Below are positions 10,804-20,519 of a stretch of DNA of 64,000 nt, piece by piece. This DNA is from an uncultured Chloroflexia bacterium. Lineage in GTDB: Bacteria; Chloroflexota; UBA6077; JACCZL01. The DNA lies in contig CAVXYC010000010.1 in the NCBI GenBank assembly GCA_963765765.1, forward strand, positions 192,001-256,000, in the 5' to 3' direction. The notes under the pieces were generated by a model, which worked only from the letters and a program-made list of their open reading frames with translations, ran no database searches and was not told where the DNA came from. A program made the translations under genes and the position numbers. The number at the start of each line of letters is the position of its first letter. Position 1 is the stretch's first letter.

Positions 10804-11451
10804 ATGGCAACGAAGACGGAAGCGCCAGCGGAGGAGCAGGTTAGCAAGTCGGTTTACGACACGCTCGCTGAGCCGTTCGATGTGACATTCCACGATACCC
10901 GCGGAGGCGTGGACCTCGAATACATTACGGGCGAGCAGTGCATATCTCGCCTCAATCAGGTGCTCGGGGTTAACGGCTGGTCGTTCGTGGTGCTCAATCA
11001 CGGAATTAATCAGGAAGCTGACGAAGCGTGGGTCCTGGGATCGCTCTCGACAACCATCGAAGGCGTCTCCAGTGAACGCCAGCAGTTTGGAAGTCAGAAG
11101 ATCAAACGATCACGCTCTTCCGGCGCACCGATGGATATTGGGTTCGATCTCAAGGGCGCAGCCACCGATGCTCTGAAGAAGTGTGCCATGCTCGTTGGTG
11201 TGGGTCTGTATCTCAGTCGCAAGGAGCAGGTATCTCAGCCGAGCTCGAACGACAGTGATACGCTTGTGTGTGACGAGTGCGGGCGAGATCTGACGCCAAC
11301 GAGCTTCAAGGATGGAACGAGCTGGTCACCGCAACAGCTCGCGGCATTCGGGCGTCGCAAGCATCAGCGAGTGCTCTGCATGGATCACTACCGCGCGGCC
11401 AATGAGCTTCGTCGCAGGGCCGAGCAGGCGCTAGAAGAAGTCCCGTTCTAA
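10804..11451 (+). CDS. Rad52/Rad22-family single-strand annealing protein with C-terminal Zn-binding-like region and acidic PF tail
   Basis: LEYITGEQCISRLNQVLGVNGWSF and KGAATDALKKCAMLVGVGLYL; CDEC...CMDH; ends EEVPF. Confidence 0.85.
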   Translation: MATKTEAPAEEQVSKSVYDTLAEPFDVTFHDTRGGVDLEYITGEQCISRLNQVLGVNGWSFVVLNHGINQEADEAWVLGSLSTTIEGVSSERQQFGSQKIKRSRSSGAPMDIGFDLKGAATDALKKCAMLVGVGLYLSRKEQVSQPSSNDSDTLVCDECGRDLTPTSFKDGTSWSPQQLAAFGRRKHQRVLCMDHYRAANELRRRAEQALEEVPF

Positions 11452-11455
11452 ATTT

Positions 11456-11497
11456 ATGAAGGGGTCGGCAAGACGAACGTCCCGCCGACCCCTTCAT
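11456..11497 (+). terminator. Intrinsic terminator hairpin after the Rad52-like gene
   Basis: 14-bp stem ATGAAGGGGTCGGC/GCCGACCCCTTCAT. Confidence 0.75.
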
Positions 11498-11547
11498 TTC
11501 ATTGGGCTCGGTCGTACAATGCCGGAACACCACAGCGTCTGTCACCA

Positions 11548-11853
11548 ATGGGGGGACGGATGGGAGGTTCCGTGGCAGAACGATACTTCATGTACGATCC
11601 CGCGCTGCGCGGTTCCGTACTGCGGCTCCTACAACAGTGGAAGCGCCTCCCTCTGAGTGACCTCTTTCGGCTGCTGCCAGCGCAGGACCGCCTGCGCTAC
11701 CGAGACGACGTGATTGATGATCTGGTGTGGCAGGGGCTGATACACAAGGAGGAGCGTGGAGACGAGACCGTCGTCAGTTTGACTCCGGCCGGCGAGCAGA
11801 CGGCGATCGGAGTCGAGTCAGCCTCCGGAAGCTGGAACCGCGATGACAGATAA
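11548..11853 (+). CDS. Hypothetical protein, possibly winged-helix
   Basis: DDLVWQGLIHKEE..VVSLTPAG resembles a wHTH wing; overlaps the next ORF. Confidence 0.55.
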   Translation: MGGRMGGSVAERYFMYDPALRGSVLRLLQQWKRLPLSDLFRLLPAQDRLRYRDDVIDDLVWQGLIHKEERGDETVVSLTPAGEQTAIGVESASGSWNRDDR

Positions 11854-12112
11854 CGTAGATCTCGCGGAACGAGTCAACGCCCTTCTAGCAGAGGCTCGTA
11901 ACGACATTTCGAGTGAAGATGATCCCGAGCTGCTCGTGCTCTTGCTTCACCGCGCCGCCGTGGAGCTCAACAAGTCTGCACGCGCTCGGTCGACCCAGCT
12001 CAAGGGCACTCCCGACTGGGGTGCCTGGGCTGGACTACAAAACACCACTCGAGGCCTCGTACTACAGGCGAGCACTTGTCGCGATCTCGTGAAGAAGCTG
12101 AAGTCCGGCTAG
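11843..12112 (+). CDS. Small helical hypothetical protein
   Basis: 89-aa ORF with plausible composition, overlapping the upstream gene. Confidence 0.6.
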   Translation: MTDNVDLAERVNALLAEARNDISSEDDPELLVLLLHRAAVELNKSARARSTQLKGTPDWGAWAGLQNTTRGLVLQASTCRDLVKKLKSG

Positions 12113-12187
12113 CGCAATGAAAAGCTGCTGTTACAGCACATGGGCTTGCGGTCAAGTTAAAAAGCGTCGCTCGTGCGACGCTCAGGG

Positions 12188-12260
12188 TCGGGGTGCCCGG
12201 ACTCGAACCGGGGACCTCATGGTCCCAAACCATGCGCGCTACCGACTGCGCTACACCCCG
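12188..12260 (-). tRNA. tRNA-Pro (TGG)
   Basis: Cloverleaf CGGGGTG/CACCCCG, anticodon loop TT-TGG-GA, GGTTCGAGTCC T-arm. Confidence 0.95.
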
Positions 12261-12302
12261 TGGAAGCAAGATTATAACGGACGCAAGCGGGGCTCACTCA
12301 GG

Positions 12303-13388
12303 CTAGCGCGAATACCGAGAGATGCGATTAATTCCGGCAAAGTAAATCGCCTCATCCGGACCCACCACCACGTCGAGGCGGCACTCATCGGCGAGATCCT
12401 CCACACTGTTTACCTGGTCGAGATTTTCACCGGTAAGTCGAATACGCTGCAGCGGACCCACGTGGATGCCGCAGAAAAGCAGGTCATTCGCTAGCTCGGG
12501 AAACATGCTGCCGGTGTAGAACCGGAGCCCGGTTGGCCCTGCGCTGGGCTCTCCAGATTCCCACAGTGGATTGATGAATCGAGGATCGTCACCGCGACCC
12601 TCCACGACGGGATTTCCGTAGTTTCCGCCCGGCGTGATGAGATTGATCTCATCATGTCCCTTGCCAGAATTCTCATTCGCGTAGAGACGGCCGGTTACGG
12701 GATGGAACGCCAGACCGAACGGGTTGCGAAACCCCATGGCGTAGACGGGCGAGCCGGGAAGCGGGTTGTCTGAGGGTATCGAGCCATCCGAGGCAATGCG
12801 AAGAATCTTGCCACCCATGCTGCCCAGCTCCTGGCCAAGCCGGGATGACTCCGCGTTACCCACCGTGACGTACAGCATGCCATCCGGCCCAAACGCGACA
12901 CGACCACCACTGTGGCGACCAGTTCTCGAGATCGGCAGGTTGTCCAGGATCACCGTCTGGTCAACGCCCTGACCACCTCGATCGGTCATACGGATGACAC
13001 GGTTACGGTAGGGGACGTTGTTGCGTCGATTTGGGTCCGGCTCGGAGTAATACAAGTAGACATAATGGTTCGCCGTGAAGTCCGGGTCGATAGCCAGGCC
13101 GAGGAGCCCTGTCTCTGGGCCTCTTGCCACTTCGAATGTGGCCCAGGGTGGATCCTGGAGCGTGCCGTTCTGGAACACTCGAACGCGACCTTCGGAGACC
13201 TCATTGAAGAAAAGGCGGCCGTCCGGCGCGAAGGCCAGACTCATCGGAATTTTGAGATTGTCGATGAGCACCTCCGTGCGAGGCGCCGAGGATCTCGTGC
13301 TCACGCCAGGGAGAGTCCCACAGGCAGCAAGAATCAGGCTAGTGAGGACGGTCAGGATCAGTCGCACGGAATACACCAGAGGCTCCAC
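12303..13388 (-). CDS. PQQ-dependent glucose/sorbosone dehydrogenase-family lipoprotein
   Basis: Lipobox LAAC; GLLGLAIDPDF, HSGGRVAFGPDGMLYVTVG, GFRNPFGLAF, HDEIN. Confidence 0.88.
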   Translation of the reverse strand: MEPLVYSVRLILTVLTSLILAACGTLPGVSTRSSAPRTEVLIDNLKIPMSLAFAPDGRLFFNEVSEGRVRVFQNGTLQDPPWATFEVARGPETGLLGLAIDPDFTANHYVYLYYSEPDPNRRNNVPYRNRVIRMTDRGGQGVDQTVILDNLPISRTGRHSGGRVAFGPDGMLYVTVGNAESSRLGQELGSMGGKILRIASDGSIPSDNPLPGSPVYAMGFRNPFGLAFHPVTGRLYANENSGKGHDEINLITPGGNYGNPVVEGRGDDPRFINPLWESGEPSAGPTGLRFYTGSMFPELANDLLFCGIHVGPLQRIRLTGENLDQVNSVEDLADECRLDVVVGPDEAIYFAGINRISRYSR

Positions 13389-13466
13389 GGCTTCAGCAAC
13401 GCCCGCGGGCCGGAGGGCGCCGGCATGTTTACCCGACGCGCGGTCCGATTATAGTCCAACTCTCAG

Positions 13467-14087
13467 CTAGTCGCGGGCGATTTCAGCTAGCCCCAAGATC
13501 GCTCGGAGTCGCGGTAATGCTCGCCGCGTGGACCGTCCGCGGTGGCTGATGGCGTGCTTTTGCGTCGCGGTTAGGTCCGCCATCGTGCACCCAAATCGAG
13601 TCACATGGAAGATCGGGTCGAAGCCGAACCCTCCTCTACCTGACGGACTCAAGGCGATGCGGCCCTCAACTGTTCCGCGGTAGTTCCACACTCTGGCGGA
13701 GCTGTCGACAATAGCCGCTTCGCTCACGTAGCGCGCGGTCCGGAGCTCCCACGGCACGGCCTGCAGTCGATCCAGGATCATCCGGTGTTTCACCTCGTAG
13801 TCCGAAGTGTTGCCCCACCTGGCCGAGTACACACCCGGTTCACCATTCATGGCATCGATCTCGAGGCCCGAGTCCTCAGCGAACGTAATGAGGCCACTTG
13901 CCTCGGCATAGGCACGGGCCTTGAGCGTGGCGTTCTCGCGAAACGTCGTTCCGGTCTCATCGGCCTCGAACTTGACGCCGGCATCGGTCAGGGTCACCAG
14001 GTCGATGGGGAGCTCTCCGAGAATCTCTCGGTATTCTCGGAGCTTCCCCTGGTTTGTTGATGCTATGAGAAGTGTCGGTCGCGGCAT
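13467..14087 (-). CDS. rdgB: Non-canonical purine NTP pyrophosphatase (RdgB/HAM1)
   Basis: STNQGKLRE, EDSGLEIDA, PGVYSARW, GFGFDPIF, KHAISHRG. Confidence 0.93.
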   Translation of the reverse strand: MPRPTLLIASTNQGKLREYREILGELPIDLVTLTDAGVKFEADETGTTFRENATLKARAYAEASGLITFAEDSGLEIDAMNGEPGVYSARWGNTSDYEVKHRMILDRLQAVPWELRTARYVSEAAIVDSSARVWNYRGTVEGRIALSPSGRGGFGFDPIFHVTRFGCTMADLTATQKHAISHRGRSTRRALPRLRAILGLAEIARD

Positions 14088-14135
14088 GCTGGTCGTAGTG
14101 GCAGGTGCTTCAAAGTGTACGAGATAGTGGTACGG

Positions 14136-14927
14136 ATGCAGCAGAGACGCTTCGATTTCACGTCGGCGAACCTTCCACAGGGCTGGACACTTCATTTCAA
14201 TGCGTCTGTCCCGAGCACGCAGGATCTAGCACGTGAGGGGGCCTCGCACGGTATTGGCTCTCGACATGTCTTCCTGACGAACTATCAGTCCGCGGGCCGG
14301 GGCCGCTCAGGGCGCTCGTGGACAGCTCCTCCTGGCTCGGCGCTCTTGCTCACGGTACTTCTGAACGAGCCGTCAGTGGCGTTGTTCGAGCACACGATCT
14401 GTGTCTCGGTATCGCTTTGCGAAGCGTTGGAAGCGATCGCGTCCGTGCGTCCCGTCATCAAGTGGCCGAATGACCTGCTTTTAGACAATCGAAAGGTATG
14501 TGGTGTGCTCGCGGAGTCTTCGGATGCAGCACCGGGCTATGTTGCCGTCGGGTTAGGGCTCAACGTCGCCTGGGAGGGCGTTCGCCCCGCGCACGTTCCG
14601 GAGTGGGCGACAGCAATCGACGAGCATGCAACAAGCCAAGTGGACAGGATCGCACTGCTCGAGGAGGTCATCAGACGACTCGATTCGTGGCTTGACGCGC
14701 TCGTGACGGACTCTGGTCACGTGCAGCTGCGCGACGCCTGGGAGCGTCGATTGTGGCGGCGCGGGGCCGAGGTGGTCGTCCAGCTTCACAACGAGACGCT
14801 TGTAGGGCTGTTGAGTGGAACAGACCAGCATGGCGCACTGCTCGTGAAACTGGCGGACGGCTCAGAGCGCGCCGTGCTCGATGGCGAGCTGCTCATGCCA
14901 GGGCGACCGCCGCGGGCGGCACTCTAA
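14136..14927 (+). CDS. birA: Biotin--acetyl-CoA-carboxylase ligase (no HTH domain)
   Basis: QSAGRGRSGRSW, IKWPNDL, KVCGVL, GLGLNV. Confidence 0.92.
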   Translation: MQQRRFDFTSANLPQGWTLHFNASVPSTQDLAREGASHGIGSRHVFLTNYQSAGRGRSGRSWTAPPGSALLLTVLLNEPSVALFEHTICVSVSLCEALEAIASVRPVIKWPNDLLLDNRKVCGVLAESSDAAPGYVAVGLGLNVAWEGVRPAHVPEWATAIDEHATSQVDRIALLEEVIRRLDSWLDALVTDSGHVQLRDAWERRLWRRGAEVVVQLHNETLVGLLSGTDQHGALLVKLADGSERAVLDGELLMPGRPPRAAL

Positions 14928-14965
14928 CCGCACGAGGACCGTGACGGCGAGTAACTGCAGGATTA

Positions 14966-15006
14966 GAACAGGTGTGCTAAACTGTCGGCACATAGAACAT
15001 GCGTTC
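14966..15006 (+). promoter_or_regulatory. Two tandem LexA boxes
   Basis: GAAC-ATGC-GTTC at 14995-15006 (consensus) and GAAC-AGGT-GTGC at 14966-14977 (one mismatch), both flanked by A...T. Confidence 0.75.
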
Positions 15007-15023
15007 TCAAACGGAGGTCAAGC

Positions 15024-15281
15024 ATGGCTCTGCCGATGACATCTTCAAGTAGCCGACGACGTGTTAATTCGCCTATGGGCGAGCTGGTGGATCTTAGGGA
15101 GCTGTGCTCCAAGCTCGAAGCAAGATTGGTTCAGGAGGAGCGGGAGATCTCTGAGCTGCGTTCTCGAGGCGAGGATACGTCGAGCCAGGAGGAGTTGTGG
15201 ATTCGTATGTTGCATCGGTACGAGCGAGTCTGTGATCTACTGGCGTCAGGCACTCAATCGAACCCGCAGCCGGCGGCCTGA
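15024..15281 (+). CDS. Small coiled-coil hypothetical protein, putatively SOS-regulated
   Basis: RBS GGAGGT 5 nt before ATG; charged helical-hairpin-like sequence. Confidence 0.7.
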   Translation: MALPMTSSSSRRRVNSPMGELVDLRELCSKLEARLVQEEREISELRSRGEDTSSQEELWIRMLHRYERVCDLLASGTQSNPQPAA

Positions 15282-15369
15282 TCAGGGCGAATCAATGAGT
15301 GCGCCGCGAAGACGGCGCTGAAATCCGTATGCTTTGGGCCTACCTTCCAGAAAATGGGACGGAGCCCTG

Positions 15370-16559
15370 ATGACGTTCTTGACGCACCTCGAATGCCCCG
15401 AGACCGGCGAGCGGCTTCCCGCCGATCGTGAGCAGCATCTTAGTGCCGCTGGATTCCCGCTGCTGGCGCGCTATGACTACGCGGCCATCCGCGCGTCTAC
15501 TCCCAGGCGCGATCTCTCCGGACGCAGAACAGACCTCTGGCGATTCGCTGAGCTTCTTCCCAGTGACAACCCCGTCACTCTCGGTGAGGGCTGGACCCCA
15601 CTTCTGACACTTTCTCGCATTGGGCCGGAGCTCGGCCTCGGCCAGCTCGTTGTGAAGGAAGAGGGGCTCAACCCCACCGGCACGTTCAAAGCGCGCGGAG
15701 CGGCCGTGGGCGTGGCGTGCGCACGTGACCTGGGGGTGACGAATGTGGCGATGCCTACTGCCGGGAATCGCCGGCGGCGCCTGGGCTGGCTATTGCGCCA
15801 GTGCAGGATTGGGATTTCGCGTCATCATGCCCGCCGATGCCCCCTTGATAAATATGGCTGAGGCGCGAGTGTACGGTAGCAACGCGTCGTATGTGGACGG
15901 GTTGATATCTGACGCGGGCCGTATCATCGGCGCGGAGTCGGCCGAGCACGGCTGGTATGACGCGTCCACACTCAAGGAGCCGTACCGCATCGAAGGTAAG
16001 AAGACAATGGGTCTCGAGATCGCCGAGCAGCTCAACTGGGAGCTTCCCGACGTCATTCTCTATCCTGCCGGCGGTGGCGTGGGGCTCATTGGCATCTGGA
16101 AGGCGTTCGATGAGCTGGAGGCCATTGGCTGGATCGACAGTCGTCGACCGCGGCTCGTCGCGGTGCAGGCGGAGGGCTGCGCTCCGCTGGTTCGTGCGTG
16201 GAATGAGCAGGCGATTGAAAGCCGCTTCTGGGATGGCGCGGACACGATCGCAAGCGGTCTGCGCGTTCCGAAGCCGTTAGGCGATCGGCTGGTTCTTCGT
16301 GCCTTGCGTGAAACGAACGGAACGGCCATCTCCGTGAGCGACCGCGCGATCTCCGAGGCCGTTTCAGAGCTAGCCGAGCGAGAAGGAATGTTTGTGTGTC
16401 CGGAGGGCGCGTCTATGCTTCCGGCGCTGCGCTCACTCTGCGAGGGTGGTTGGATCAAGGTCTGGCGAGCGCGTTGTACTACTCAACACGGGGAGCGGGC
16501 TGAAGTATCCGGAGATGGTCTCACTGGATGGCGTCGAGACGCTTCCAAGGCCCAACTGA
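15370..16559 (+). CDS. thrC: Threonine synthase-like PLP enzyme (frameshifted)
   Basis: TLGEGWTPL, KEEGLNPTGTFKARG, PYRIEGKKTMGLE, YPAGGGVG, CPEG, and LNTGSGLKY in a shifted frame. Confidence 0.82.
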
Positions 16560-16697
16560 GAGTTTCCACCGAATTAGCGGCCTACGCCCCAGTCCTCTCC
16601 CGATAACTGGGTGAGGGGCTTAGCAACACAAGCTACTTCCGCAACTCGAGCGGAGCTATACTGGCACCGCCTCAGTCACCGCTGATCGGATCATGCC

Positions 16698-17663
16698 ATG
16701 CCCATCGGGGAGATCTCCGCGCTTCTGAGCGCCGTGCTGTTTGGGCTCAGCAATGTCTTCATCCGCAAGGGCATGGCCAGCGGCATCCACGCGCCAGATA
16801 ACGGCCTTTTTCTTACGAATCTGATAAACCTCATGTTCTTCTTGATCATGATGGTTGTGCTGGTCGTTCTGGAAGGTATGCCGCCACTTCTCCTTGGCGG
16901 GATTGTCGCCTTTATTGCGGCTGGCTTATTGACCAGCTATTTCGGGCGAAACACCTATTTCATAGCGGTGCAGTATCTCGGTCCATCTAGAGCCAGTGGC
17001 TTCCGCGTGGTCACGCCGTTTTTCACGCTCGTCGTTTCGCTCTTCTGGCTGAATGAGAGCGTTAGCTCGATTGGAATTCTCGGAATGGTCGTCACCGTAA
17101 TTGGGCTCTATGTCCTTTCGCAGGAGAGCACCCGGACTGCTGCGGAGCGCCAGATTCCAGCTGATGCAACGCTTTCCGGTAGCTCAAATTCCGTCCAGGC
17201 CACCGTTGCCATTAAGCCACGAAGCGCGACATACGGCATGTCGATGAGTCTGATCTCATCGATCGCCTACGGCGCCGGCCATACGTTCCGAAAGGTGGGC
17301 CTCCTCGAAATCCCATCGCCAACGTTCGGTAACCTCCTCGGCTCGGCCGTGGGACTGGCTGGGACAATTGCAACGTTCGGCGTGCGGCGTGAGCTTGGCG
17401 CTGTCATCCGCGGCAACCTCTTCCCGATTCACTGGTGGTTTGTATGGGCCAGCGTGGTCATGAGTCTGGCGCAGCTCGCGATTTTCGCCGGCATCTTCCA
17501 CACTAAGGTGGCGATTGCATCGACGCTTTACGCTACGGAGCCGGCATTTACGCTGCTGTTCTCCTGGCTGTTCCTGAATCGCGAGGAGAAGATCGGCCGA
17601 ATTACGGTGCTGGCGATCGGCCTCACCATCGTCGGCGTCGCCATGATCGTCCAACGTGGCTAA
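16698..17663 (+). CDS. EamA/DMT-family transporter
   Basis: Two 5-TM repeats ending LFWLNES and LFLNREEK. Confidence 0.88.
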   Translation: MPIGEISALLSAVLFGLSNVFIRKGMASGIHAPDNGLFLTNLINLMFFLIMMVVLVVLEGMPPLLLGGIVAFIAAGLLTSYFGRNTYFIAVQYLGPSRASGFRVVTPFFTLVVSLFWLNESVSSIGILGMVVTVIGLYVLSQESTRTAAERQIPADATLSGSSNSVQATVAIKPRSATYGMSMSLISSIAYGAGHTFRKVGLLEIPSPTFGNLLGSAVGLAGTIATFGVRRELGAVIRGNLFPIHWWFVWASVVMSLAQLAIFAGIFHTKVAIASTLYATEPAFTLLFSWLFLNREEKIGRITVLAIGLTIVGVAMIVQRG

Positions 17664-17813
17664 CCTTGCGCTTATGGTGCGCGCGACGGATGAACCATTT
17701 GACGGGCTCGATACTGACTGCTAATTTGGACGCGCATCAGGCCCTGGGGTCGTGACCTCACTCAGTGTGCAATTCCCCTGGTGAGCCTGATGGTCCACGA
17801 ATGGAGGCTGTCC

Positions 17814-18964
17814 ATGGTCGCCAACACGAGTAGCGACGATCTTTCGAGAAATAACCCGTTTTTCCTGATCGATCCATATCGAGAATTTCTTCGCGACGAA
17901 GGGCGTTCCCGGTAGTCGAGCAATACTCGGTGAATGTTTTCGAGATCGAGCTGGAGCCGTGGAAGCGGCTCGGCGGTCTGGGATCGTACGTACACCTGGA
18001 AGGTCGCGGCGACTACTGCAACTGCTACGTGGTTAAGATCCCTCCCGGAGAGCAGCTCAACTCCGAGAAGCACGTATTTGACAAGGTCGTGTATGTCTTC
18101 CAGGGCCGTGGCTCGACGACGATCGAGCTGCCTAGCGGCAAACGCAACTCATTCGAGTGGGGACCGGGCAGCATGTTTGGCATCCCGCTCAACGCTCGGC
18201 ACCAGATCTTCAATGGCTCGGGCTCGGAGCCGGCAATTCTCGCGTGCAGCACCAACGCACCGATCTACATGAATCTGGTCCACAACACCGACTTCATCTT
18301 CGACAACCCATTCATCTTCCAGGAGCGACTTGGCGAAGAGCGTTACTTCTCCGGCGAAGGTGAGTTCCGCCAGGTGCGCCCCGGCCGCCACCAGTGGGAA
18401 ACCAACTTCGTATCCGACATCGTGAGCTTTGAGCTGCCGGTCTGGAATGAGCGCGGCGCTGGTGGCCGCAACATCATGTTCACGCTGGCGGATAGCCCGA
18501 TGCACATCCACCTTTCGGAGTTTCCGGTGGGGACGTACAAGAAGGCGCATCGACATGACTCGGGCGCGCACATCTTCATCGTGACGGGAGAGGGCTACAG
18601 CTTGCTCTGGCACGAGGGTCAGGATCCAGTCACCACGCGCAAAGTCGACTGGAAGCTCGGGTCGCTTTTCGCGCCGCCGGACGGACCGACCTATCACCAG
18701 CATTTCAATACCGCCTCCGCGCCGTCACGCTACCTGGTCACTGGCTTCTCCGGTGCTCGCTATCCCGTGCTCGAGAGCGCGCGACGACGGAACGAGGCCA
18801 GGATGAGTGACAAGTCGATCAAGCAAGGTGGATCTCAGGTCGAGTATGAGGACGAGGACCCACGGATCTTTGACCTCTTTCGATCCGAGCTCACCACGCG
18901 GGGGGCGTCACCGAAGATGGAGCGTTACCTCGGGGCTCGCGCTGGCAAGAAGTCGTGGCCATGA
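17814..18964 (+). CDS. Bicupin protein (gentisate-dioxygenase-like fold); frameshift near 17905
   Basis: RBS GGAGG before ATG 17814; C-terminal cupin KKAHRH...YHQHFN. Confidence 0.8.
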
Positions 18965-19225
18965 TGGCGCGTTCGCGCTGCATGACTATTCGCGCCCAAT
19001 TGATGACGCTGGCTGATAAATTCTGGTATGTGCCTGCCGATATGACCTACGCTGCCATGGACGGAGCCAGGCAGCAAAACTCGAGTCTCGTCTCGTGAAG
19101 TGCTCACGCTTGCGGAGCACTGAAAGGACGCCGTTCTAGGGGAGGCTGGCCGACTCAGAGCTAGTCTGCCGCAAACCATCGACAGGAGGCCGCGAGGAGT
19201 CGGCCCGTTAGATTGGAGGCCATCG

Positions 19226-20428
19226 ATGTTCGTACGCTCATTGTTATTCCTGGCTCTCATACTGCCGATTCTCACGGCATGTGCACCGGCTGCGGCGCCA
19301 GCGCCAACCCAGGCGTCCGCGGAGGCCGCAAAGCCCGCGGCGGCGGCTCCAACAACAGCGCCACCCGCCTCGGCGGCCAAACCGGCCGTGGCCAAGCCGC
19401 CGGCACAAGCGAGCGGCAAGCCCGGCGCTCTCCAAAGGAGTACTACGCAGGTAAGACCATCCGTATCATCGTCGGCATTGAGCCCGGCGCCAATGGCGAT
19501 ATCCAGGCACGGTACATTGCCCAGTCGTTGCCGAAATTCATCCCTGGCGAGCCCAACATGATCGTGACCAACATGCCCGGCAATAGCGGGCTGACGGCCA
19601 CGAACTACATTGCTGCTCAGCCGCCGGACGGATTGACGCTCTACTGGGGCACCGGCGGCCATCCGCATCAGCAGCTCGAGCAGGGCGCAAATGCCAAGTT
19701 CAAGTATGACGAGCTCGTTCGCGTGATAACGCTCGAGGGGCGCACGGCCTTGTGGCTCGGTCTTGGGTCGATGCCATACAAGCGGATCGCAGGAGGCAGT
19801 CGGCGGTGACAAAGAGTTCACCGTCGGCATGCTCTCCGAGAAGGACTCCGCCGACATCCAGATGCTGAAGGAGTGGCTCAAGCTGCCAGTGACGGATTGT
19901 CTACGGCATCGAGACAGGTCTGGCCAAAGGTGCTTCTCGCGTTTGATCGCAAGGACGTGGACAGCATGGTCAGCGGCTCCGGCTGGTACCAGATTCCCGA
20001 GTCAACGGCCGGGTGGTTCAAGGAAAACCAGCTTGGCCCGCTAGCTGTCCTCGCGACGCCAGAGACAAAGTTCATGAACAATGGCGAGATGGACTTGCCT
20101 TCCGACGTGAAGAACATTCGCGAGCTCCTTACGCCCGAGCAGCGCCGCGATTACGAGCTCATGACGGTCAGCGACGGTGCGTTCTATCGCAACTCGTATC
20201 TGCCCGCCGGGAACGCCGACTGAGATTCGGGACATACTCTCGGACTGCATTCGCGGCATGCGCTCAAGGACCCCGAGTGGATGAACGGTTTCGTCAAGGT
20301 CAATGGTCGCGCGCCAGACGGCGTGATGATGGGCGCCGAGCTTGATAAGATCGCCAAGTCATTCAAGATCGAGGAATTGGATGCACTGCTTGTGAAGTGG
20401 ATGCCCGGGCTACAAGTCGTCGCTGTAG
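19226..20428 (+). CDS. Tripartite tricarboxylate transporter substrate-binding lipoprotein (Bug/TctC), multiple frameshifts
   Basis: LTAC lipobox, Pro/Ala linker, YYAGKTIRIIVG, NMPGNSGLTATNY, PDGLTL. Confidence 0.8.
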
Positions 20429-20519
20429 TAACTGCATTCCTGCCCGAGCCATTACGGACGCTGAGGTGCCGCAGCCGGTCTGCATGCGTCCGTGCGCGCG
20501 AGCTCCCTGAGGATCGACG

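Noticed and set aside
10441-12260. Prophage or integrative element between tRNA-Gly and tRNA-Pro
   Set aside because: No integrase, no duplicated tRNA 3' end and no phage structural genes.
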